Assembly (NCBI GenBank): GCA_013288555.1
Contig: JABDBQ010000006.1
Span: forward strand, 20,628 to 84,627
Length of the DNA stretch: 64,000 nt
DNA from: Bacteroidota bacterium
GTDB taxonomy: Bacteria > Bacteroidota > Bacteroidia > CAILMK01
Direction: 5' to 3'
The notes under the pieces are model-generated. The model searched no databases. It was not told where the DNA came from and was given only the letters and a program-made list of their open reading frames with translations. Positions 57,376 through 64,000 of the stretch are shown here, piece by piece. Position numbers and translations under genes: made by a program. Each line of letters opens with the position of its first letter. Within the stretch, counting starts at the first letter, position 1.

Positions 57376-57877
57376 TTCTTAATTGCATGCAATTGAGAGG
57401 CAAGTTAGGTAAAAAACAATATGGCATACAAATCGGGAATTACGTTTTGCAAATAGGTTGATGCATCTAAGTCAGCTCAGTTCGTAAATGAAGGGATTGC
57501 GGGTCAGGCTGAGGCAAGCTCAAGCCGCCTGCAATGACGACTTCTACAAGGATTTTTTAGTAAAAGTTAAAACATTTTCAAAAATATTTTCGCTTGTAAT
57601 CCCCCTGTCGTTTCGAATCTTAACTAAGAGAGATTCGTGACTTTGTCACCTGCCCCTGAAGCAGTCCCCGTAGAGATGGGAGGCTCAGCCCTTCGACCGC
57701 TTCGACCCCTTCGACTGCTTCGACAAGCTCGGGAAACAGAGAGCGAGAGAGCGGAGAGCAGGGGCAAACTCAGGGAGCGGGTTTTTCAATTGCCAACATA
57801 TTACTAACAAACACTAACACTATTATTGTTGGTAGTTGGCAGATTCAATCAGGAATGATGAGGGCGGCACATAGTAA

Positions 57878-58726
57878 TTATGAATTGCTGTCATCCTTTT
57901 CTTTTGTTTTCGCCGGCAAGGTTTTTTTGGCGTTTAACGCAGAGACTACTTTTTTGCCCGTCCTTGCTTCCAGCTCCTTTCTTGCTACTTTTGCCACGTT
58001 TCCACCTTGCCTCGCCACTTTTTTGCTTTCTTCGAAACTGGCGGGATTTACGGCTTGAGAAATATCTTTTGTTGAGGCTTCTGCAAGCATATTCAGGATC
58101 AACTCCGTATTGGTCATGTTATCCTTCAGATTTTCCTTTTTCAAGCCTTTAAAGGTTTTGTATTCTTTTGTAGTTTTATCAGCCCAGACCTTAGTAATGA
58201 TATCAGTAAGCGTTGCGAATTGAGTACCGGCCTTGAGCCCGCGCTTTTTCCATTCATCGGTAAGTTCTTTTCGGATTTCAATACTTTTCAGGCGTTGGTT
58301 TATCCAGTTTTCAGAGTATCCCATTTGCAGGTACTGTTCCAAAGCCCTGTCAATGCTGAGTTCAGGGTCCTGCATTTCATCAAGCCTTTCGGAAGCCACT
58401 TTTGCCAACCAGAGTTTAAAAGGTTCGGCTTTGGGTGAAGGAATAGACTGTATAAGCCTGAAAAGTTGTTCAGTATCAGCCACATCAGTCATTCGCATTT
58501 TCCCGTCAGGTGCAAGCAATTTCAAACCGTTACAATTTGTAACGGTTTCGTTTCCCTCGTCTTTTAGCCTTTTCTTCATGACACGCCAGTATACCTGTGG
58601 ATTGGGGCTTTCTGTTAAGGCAGCAATTATATCAACAATGGCAAATAGCCACTTCTCCTCAGTTCCGTCCCAAACAGTCCTGACTTTTTTATCTTCAAAT
58701 ATTTTAACAGTGTCCTTTTTATTCAT
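57878..58726 (-). CDS. BRO-N domain protein (phage antirepressor-like)
   Basis: 'KIFEDKKVRTVWDGTEEKWLFAIVDIIAALTES...' is Bro-N-like, followed by a helical C-terminal region. Confidence 0.6.
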   Translation of the reverse strand: MNKKDTVKIFEDKKVRTVWDGTEEKWLFAIVDIIAALTESPNPQVYWRVMKKRLKDEGNETVTNCNGLKLLAPDGKMRMTDVADTEQLFRLIQSIPSPKAEPFKLWLAKVASERLDEMQDPELSIDRALEQYLQMGYSENWINQRLKSIEIRKELTDEWKKRGLKAGTQFATLTDIITKVWADKTTKEYKTFKGLKKENLKDNMTNTELILNMLAEASTKDISQAVNPASFEESKKVARQGGNVAKVARKELEARTGKKVVSALNAKKTLPAKTKEKDDSNS

Positions 58727-58819
58727 AATAATGCTGCTTTGTACAAAGATCGGATAAGCAATGCAAGTTAAACAAAAATAAAAAAGTAAAACATTTTCAA
58801 AAATATTTTCGCTTGTAAT

Positions 58820-59047
58820 GTGTTGAAATTATTTAAGTTAAAAAATATTTTGGAAACAATATACAACACTGAACAAGAAAAAGGAGAATTAAGCGAAACT
58901 GAAAAACAGGCTGCTAAAATTTTACTTAAATATCTTTCAACAGAACAAATAGAAGCCTTGGCAAAATACGGGGATAAGCCTAAAAAATCAGGCGCAGAAT
59001 GTTTTGAAGTTCATATAGAACTTATTCCTGGGATAATGACTTATTAA
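58820..59047 (+). CDS. Hypothetical small protein
   Basis: 75-aa ORF only. Non-ATG start. Confidence 0.3.
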   Translation: MLKLFKLKNILETIYNTEQEKGELSETEKQAAKILLKYLSTEQIEALAKYGDKPKKSGAECFEVHIELIPGIMTY

Positions 59048-59498
59048 GAGCATTCTTGCTCCTGCGGGAATTTAGCGCATATAATATTTGCGAACTCATT
59101 ACAGCAAGCTATCACCGAAAAGCACCATTGGTTAGTTTTATTATTGTAATAAAAACTAAGCCTTGATTCTTTTTGCGGGTGATTTTCGCATTCTAAATCT
59201 TTTGTAATCTCCGTTATCTGAGTTAATTTCCCTTCCAGTATTTCTCTATGCTCTTTTGTAAATTCAGAATGTACCGCAGGAGGGGGCGGGTCAAACCCGC
59301 AAAAAATTCGTATTGGTCTCATAAGAACAAAGATAATGACTTTTTGTAACTTTGATAAAATATTAAGCCATGAACAAGGACAAGAAAGAACCTGTAAAGC
59401 GTGAACCAAAATTTAAGACTGACAAGAGTTTTAAGGATTTGCTGTTCGCTGTTACCACTACCAAAGTAAAAGAGCCAAAGAAAAAGAAATAGGTTTGT

Positions 59499-60002
59499 AT
59501 GTATAAATCCTATGCAAATGCCTTAGATGAACTTTTACATCTTTTTGTAAACGAATCCGAAGGGTTTGTCACGCAAAAATTACCTTTAGATAGTCGTAAA
59601 CAGGAAGAGCGCGTAATGGCTCTATTACAACAAATTCGGGATAAATATAAGTTTTCGTATGCTGAATCTTTAAGTATTTTCAATCAATTATCTGATGACA
59701 AATTCACTGAAAATATTCCAAGCACCTCTATTGTCAGAATTACATTTAAAGGTCGTGATTTTATTAAACAAGGGGGTTATACTAAAGAGTTGAAAGACAA
59801 GAATAAAAACACATTCATTAATTCCGCTACTTCATATTTTCTGATAGCAGGTGCAGTTGCAACCATCGTAATAGCTTACATAGAAGCTTACCGATTTGTT
59901 GAAAAAACCACGCAATTTGATAAAAAGGGAACATCTCTAAATCAGCAAATATTAAGAAATAGTGATACGTTATCCCAATCAAAAACGCTCCTAAAAAAGT
60001 AA
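59499..60002 (+). CDS. Hypothetical protein with a C-terminal TM helix
   Basis: 167-aa ORF. A possible 40-aa ORF (59370..59492) lies immediately upstream. Confidence 0.4.
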   Translation: MYKSYANALDELLHLFVNESEGFVTQKLPLDSRKQEERVMALLQQIRDKYKFSYAESLSIFNQLSDDKFTENIPSTSIVRITFKGRDFIKQGGYTKELKDKNKNTFINSATSYFLIAGAVATIVIAYIEAYRFVEKTTQFDKKGTSLNQQILRNSDTLSQSKTLLKK

Positions 60003-61034
60003 ACAAAATAGCTGCTATTTTATGTCCTATATCCATATCATTCAGCAATTAAATCTTTATACCTTAGAACCTTATTTGACTGTAAAATAGCAGTATGGAA
60101 GCGTTCGCCCTCTGACATTTTGCGTGTGTTGTACCGGAATGCAAACTCATCGCAATAGCGGTGTAAATGCTTAGGACTGGCGGAATGATAAACGCCATAA
60201 ATACCACGTTTCAAACCGCCCCAAAAACCTTCTATTGCATTTGTATTATATCCTTCCCTTGCATATTCTCTGAATTTATGGTTTACCGCTTCATGTTGAA
60301 ATCCTAAAGCGGTTGGAATAGTGCGGTAAAGGTGAAAGTTATCTGTTACTATTGTAGAGCCTTTAGAGACGTTCTCACGTATCAAAGGAAAGATATGAGC
60401 CTTTGTAACCATTGGCACAACCTGAACAACCACAGAACCCTTAGTTTCGCTCAATCCAATAACAACGGTTTTGTCATTTGATCTTCCGGCTAAACTCTTT
60501 TTACCTTTCCTGATCCTTAAATTCTTTTCTGCCTTACCTGAATAGCTTTGATGCTTGTTAGATTCTTTTCCGCCAAAATATGCTTCATCTACTTGCACGT
60601 TTCCCGATAACAGACCGCTTTCAGATTTTAACATCAATCTAATCCGTGAAAGCATAAACCAAGCGGTTTTTTGTGTTACCTCAATATCTTTTGCCAACTG
60701 ATGCGAACTGATTCCTTTTTTATGTGATGAAGCTATATAAATGGCCGCAAACCACTTTGTTAAAGGAATTTTAGAACCGTCCAAAATAGTCCCAACGGTT
60801 ACAGTGAACTTTTTATAGCATTGGTTATTGCTACATTTATACGTTTTGCCATCATTCAAAACATAAGCGTTTCCACGGTTGCAACGTGGGCAAATGGGAT
60901 TCCCTTTCCAACGTGCAAACTCTATGTATTTTCTGCAAGCCTGTTCAGTTGAAAAGTATCGCTGAACCGCAAGTAAAGAGTTTAATTTGCTGAAATTAAA
61001 TTGATTTTCTGTTCGCATAAGTAACTATATTTGT
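60003..61034 (-). mobile_element. IS1595-family insertion sequence (ends tentative)
   Basis: A transposase gene plus weak imperfect terminal inverted repeats (60003..60020 versus the reverse complement of 61017..61034, ~12/18). No clear target duplication was seen. Confidence 0.45.
60038..61018 (-). CDS. IS1595 family transposase
   Basis: N-terminal zinc ribbon 'CPRCNRGNAY...YKCSNNQCYKKFTV', 'ISSHQLAKDIEVTQKTAWFMLSRIR', and an ISXO2-like DDE domain 'VQVDEAYFGG'. Confidence 0.88.
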   Translation of the reverse strand: MRTENQFNFSKLNSLLAVQRYFSTEQACRKYIEFARWKGNPICPRCNRGNAYVLNDGKTYKCSNNQCYKKFTVTVGTILDGSKIPLTKWFAAIYIASSHKKGISSHQLAKDIEVTQKTAWFMLSRIRLMLKSESGLLSGNVQVDEAYFGGKESNKHQSYSGKAEKNLRIRKGKKSLAGRSNDKTVVIGLSETKGSVVVQVVPMVTKAHIFPLIRENVSKGSTIVTDNFHLYRTIPTALGFQHEAVNHKFREYAREGYNTNAIEGFWGGLKRGIYGVYHSASPKHLHRYCDEFAFRYNTRKMSEGERFHTAILQSNKVLRYKDLIAE

Positions 61035-61173
61035 GTTATGGAAGATTTAAAACAGTATATTGGAAAGAAGTTTAAAGACAAGGATGGGAGTATTTTGATT
61101 GTTACAAACATTCAAAATGGAATTGTGCATACTGCATTGATGGATGGGAAGTATATTCATACTGAAATATCGT

Positions 61174-61530
61174 TTAATATGACTTTGCAAGTTTTCTTAA
61201 CTGATATAGTGCAGCGCGATCGTCTATTACCTCGATAGGTATTTGAATTGTAGGTGAAACCTTCTCAAATTCGGCACTTTCACCCAGTTCGGACGATTCT
61301 TTTTGAATAGTCCAATTAATAGTAATTTGGCCTTTAAACTTTTCTAACTTTTTTTTCGCAGAAGTGCTGAAATCAGCAAACTCTTTATTGATTTCGTCAA
61401 TAGATTGACTAACCTCACTTGCGCTAAATTGATGCACTTTTTCGCTTAACTCACTAACATTCAGGGAACTGTTCCCCTCTTGTCCTTTCTCGTATATTGT
61501 TTCCAATATTTTTTCAAAGTACCCAGCCAA
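61174..61530 (-). CDS. Hypothetical acidic protein
   Basis: 118-aa ORF only. Confidence 0.35.
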   Translation of the reverse strand: MAGYFEKILETIYEKGQEGNSSLNVSELSEKVHQFSASEVSQSIDEINKEFADFSTSAKKKLEKFKGQITINWTIQKESSELGESAEFEKVSPTIQIPIEVIDDRAALYQLRKLAKSY

Positions 61531-62286
61531 AAGGGGAGTTCGCTATATATGTAAGTAAAACTAAGGCGTAAGGGATAAGGCGTAAGGCGTAAGGCGTAAG
61601 TCAATTTGGAAATTTGAGTCCCGTGCATTCGGGATGGGAATGCCTTGCCAGCGGACAATGGGCGAGAGAATCATGCTTATCATTTAATCATGTGAATCAT
61701 GGTTCAGACAATTACTCGCGAGAGGATTAATGAATTATATCTGCGGGAATCAGATTTAGCTCCGCTGAGCCCTTCGGGGTTCTCCTTGGGGTCGAGATGA
61801 CAAATGCATTGTATACTAAAGACTTACGAGAGTAGTCATGCGTCAGCCACTTACGCCTTACGCCTTATGCCTTATGCCTGAAACAGTTATATAAATGAAA
61901 GTTAAAATGTATAAGCCAAACCGTAAAAATGTACACCCAAACGTGACACTTAACCCGCTCATTTCAAGCAGATAAAGCCAAAATGTTAAAGAAAAAATCA
62001 AAAATGTACGCTATAGTGAACAGCAAGGAATCAGGGAATGAATGGGTTGGGCCCTTTGGGAAGTTCAGGAACGGTAGGGTTTGTTGTACAAAGTGTGATG
62101 GTAATCGACGGAACCACCCTCCCGAAGAAGTCGGGACAGGCGCCCTCTGGGCACCCCTCCTTAAAGGGAAGGAGGGGAATGGTGCTACTTCCACCATTGG
62201 TGGTATATCAGCAGAAGTGAATTTTCAGTTCAATTTTCAAATTGTCTTATTGCCTCATTTTCAAATTGTCTAATTGTCTCATTGCC

Positions 62287-63825
62287 TCATTGCCCAATAA
62301 GAACGGTTCCATCCATTTCAGCGGGAGCGGGGATGCCCATCAGGCTGAGGATGGTTGGGGCAATGTCGGCCAGTCGTCCGGGATGGATCTGGGCAGGGCT
62401 GTTGGACTGGCTCACGTAGATCATCGGTACAGGGTTGGTGGTATGGGCGGTATTCGGCGAACCATCAGGGTTTACCATAAATTCACTGTTGCCGTGGTCA
62501 GATATGATGATGGCATCGTAGCCGTTCTCCAGGCAGGAGCCGATGAGCCTTGTGGCGCAGGCGTCAATGGTTTCAAGTGCTTCTACCACGGCCGGGAACA
62601 CGCCACTGTGGCCCACCATATCGGGGTTGGCGTAGTTGAGGACAATAAGGTCGGGTTTGGCGGTCTCCATCTCATGTATGGCCGCATCGGTTACCCCAGC
62701 GGCACTCATAGAAGGCTGCTGGTCATAGGTAGCCACTTTCGGCGAAGGCACCATGATCCTGTTCTCGCCCGCAAAGGGGGTTTCGCGCCCACCAGAGAAG
62801 AAGAAGGTCACGTGCGGGTACTTCTCCGTCTCAGCAATGCGTAGCTGCGTCTTACCCGCCTTCTCGATCACCTCACCCAGGGTCATCTTCAGGTCCTGCT
62901 CTGGGAAGAGGATCTTTACATTCTTGTAGGTATGGTCATAGGGCGTCATGGTGATGTAGTACAGGTCCAGCGGACTCATCCCATAATCCGGGAACGACTG
63001 CTGGCTCAGTGCGAGGGTCAGTTCACGGCCCCTGTCGGTCCTATAGTTGAAGAAGAGCACTACATCGCCGGGCTCTATGGTCGCGAGGGGTTTGGCATCC
63101 GCTCCTGTTATATAACTTGGTTTGATAAACTCATCCGTGATGCCGTTCTGATAGTTGGCTTCTATCGCATCATGAGCAGAAGCAAAGCCCTCGCCCTCTC
63201 CATCTACAAGCAGGTCATAGGCCTGTTGCACGCGCTCCCAGCGTTTGTCGCGGTCCATGGCATAGTACCTGCCAATGAGGGAGGCTATTTTGCCGGTGGT
63301 CTTTGCCAGGTGGGCTTCCAGGTCTTTGATATAGCCTGCGCCACCATGCGGGTCGGTATCCCTTCCATCCATAAAAGCATGTATAAACACATTGTCGACC
63401 TGGTTTTCGGCGGCAATGGTGCAGAGGCCCTTTAAATGTTCGAGGCTGGCATGTACGCATCCGTCAGACACGAGGCCCAGCAGGTGGACTTTCTTGTTAT
63501 GTTCTTTGGCATATTTAAAGGCATCGAGCAGTACCTGGTTATGGTCGATCGATTTGTTCTCAAAAGCTTTGTTGATGGCCACCAGCATCTGGTACACCAC
63601 CCGTCCTGCACCAAGGTTCATGTGACCTACTTCGGAGTTGCCCATCTGTCCGTCAGGCAGGCCCACATTTTCTCCGGATGTTAACAAATAGCTGTTGGGA
63701 TACTGGTTGAACAGCCCCTTGATGAAGGGCATATTGGCAGCTTCTACGGCATTAATTTTAGGATCTTTCACACCGATTCCCCATCCATCGATAATAAGGA
63801 GCGCAACTTTTTGACTTTGATTCAT
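62287..63825 (-). CDS. gpmI: 2,3-bisphosphoglycerate-independent phosphoglycerate mutase
   Basis: 'LLIIDGWG', 'GQMGNSEVGHMNLGAGR', 'DGRDT' and 'SDHGN'. Confidence 0.96.
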   Translation of the reverse strand: MNQSQKVALLIIDGWGIGVKDPKINAVEAANMPFIKGLFNQYPNSYLLTSGENVGLPDGQMGNSEVGHMNLGAGRVVYQMLVAINKAFENKSIDHNQVLLDAFKYAKEHNKKVHLLGLVSDGCVHASLEHLKGLCTIAAENQVDNVFIHAFMDGRDTDPHGGAGYIKDLEAHLAKTTGKIASLIGRYYAMDRDKRWERVQQAYDLLVDGEGEGFASAHDAIEANYQNGITDEFIKPSYITGADAKPLATIEPGDVVLFFNYRTDRGRELTLALSQQSFPDYGMSPLDLYYITMTPYDHTYKNVKILFPEQDLKMTLGEVIEKAGKTQLRIAETEKYPHVTFFFSGGRETPFAGENRIMVPSPKVATYDQQPSMSAAGVTDAAIHEMETAKPDLIVLNYANPDMVGHSGVFPAVVEALETIDACATRLIGSCLENGYDAIIISDHGNSEFMVNPDGSPNTAHTTNPVPMIYVSQSNSPAQIHPGRLADIAPTILSLMGIPAPAEMDGTVLIGQ

Positions 63826-63948
63826 AAAGCAAAGTTAAATGAATGGATGCAAAAGCCTCCACATCAAAATAATATTAAATAGATTTGTTTGTTGGATTTC
63901 GGCCAAATGGCATAGTTTTGGCTGTTATTGGGGTAATGAAAACGAGGA

Positions 63949-64000
63949 ATGAAGCGCATCGGTAGAAAATTAACAATAGTTGCAGTACTGCTACTGATGG
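63949..64000 (+). CDS. Start of a secreted protein (truncated by the window end)
   Basis: ATG followed by MKRIGRKLTIVAVLLLM..., a signal-peptide-like N-terminus. Confidence 0.3.
   Translation, partial: MKRIGRKLTIVAVLLLM

Noticed and set aside
59044-59409. 121-aa minus-strand ORF and an overlapping 40-aa plus-strand ORF (59370..59492)
   Set aside because: The two conflict with each other and neither has recognisable features. The evidence does not allow a choice between them, so neither is listed as a feature.
58840-61515. Inverted 15-nt match ('ttggaaacaatatac') and shared 'ILETIY' N-termini of ORFs 58820(+) and 61530(-) as an invertible segment
   Set aside because: A match of this length is expected by chance in 64 kb of AT-rich DNA. 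There is no invertase or recombinase of the right type nearby (only an IS1595 DDE transposase), and protein similarity does not extend beyond ~10 residues.

Overview
This 64-kb segment looks like a Bacteroidota chromosome, probably Chitinophagia or Sphingobacteriia. The taxonomic evidence is T9SS C-terminal sorting domains, the mutY-ssb-gldE-like synteny, a FISUMP-domain protein, many lipoproteins with a Cys lipobox, and no obvious Shine-Dalgarno sites.

Core genes: dnaK, panB, an RluA-type pseudouridine synthase, ssb, mutY, HU, RNase E/G and gpmI. Also present are a CDP-3,6-dideoxyhexose sugar cluster (rfbF-rfbG-rfbC-like-rfbH) and an arsR-arsM-arsC-aquaporin-arsC arsenic operon beside tRNA-His.

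There are two accessory regions.
- About 7.5-19 kb: an IS110-family element inserted precisely into a repeat copy, with a candidate bridge RNA; dense GC-rich hairpin repeats; an orphan TIR-domain gene; and a tRNA-Met.
- About 50.6-61.5 kb, between rng and gpmI: a defence and mobile-element graveyard. It holds a ParE toxin with an in-frame stop next to its antitoxin, two hsdM 5' stubs, an hsdS 3' stub, an AlbA_2 ATPase gene, a BRO-N gene and an IS1595 transposase.

The most interesting item lies in the second region. It is an intact co-directional trio: a MazG-like pyrophosphohydrolase, a 730-aa GIY-YIG / DUF2075 P-loop / LexA-type S24 fusion, and a PD-(D/E)xK-like protein. I propose it as a candidate undescribed conflict system.

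Other notable items:
- a stand-alone paralogue of the DnaK C-terminal tail
- Arr (rifampin ADP-ribosyltransferase) with an N-terminal extension
- a 29-aa bS22-like micro-ORF
- a frameshifted FAD monooxygenase
- several families of intergenic repeats, including unusual 7-8-nt 'stutter' elements at gene boundaries

All functional calls rest on motif recognition by eye. No database search was possible.
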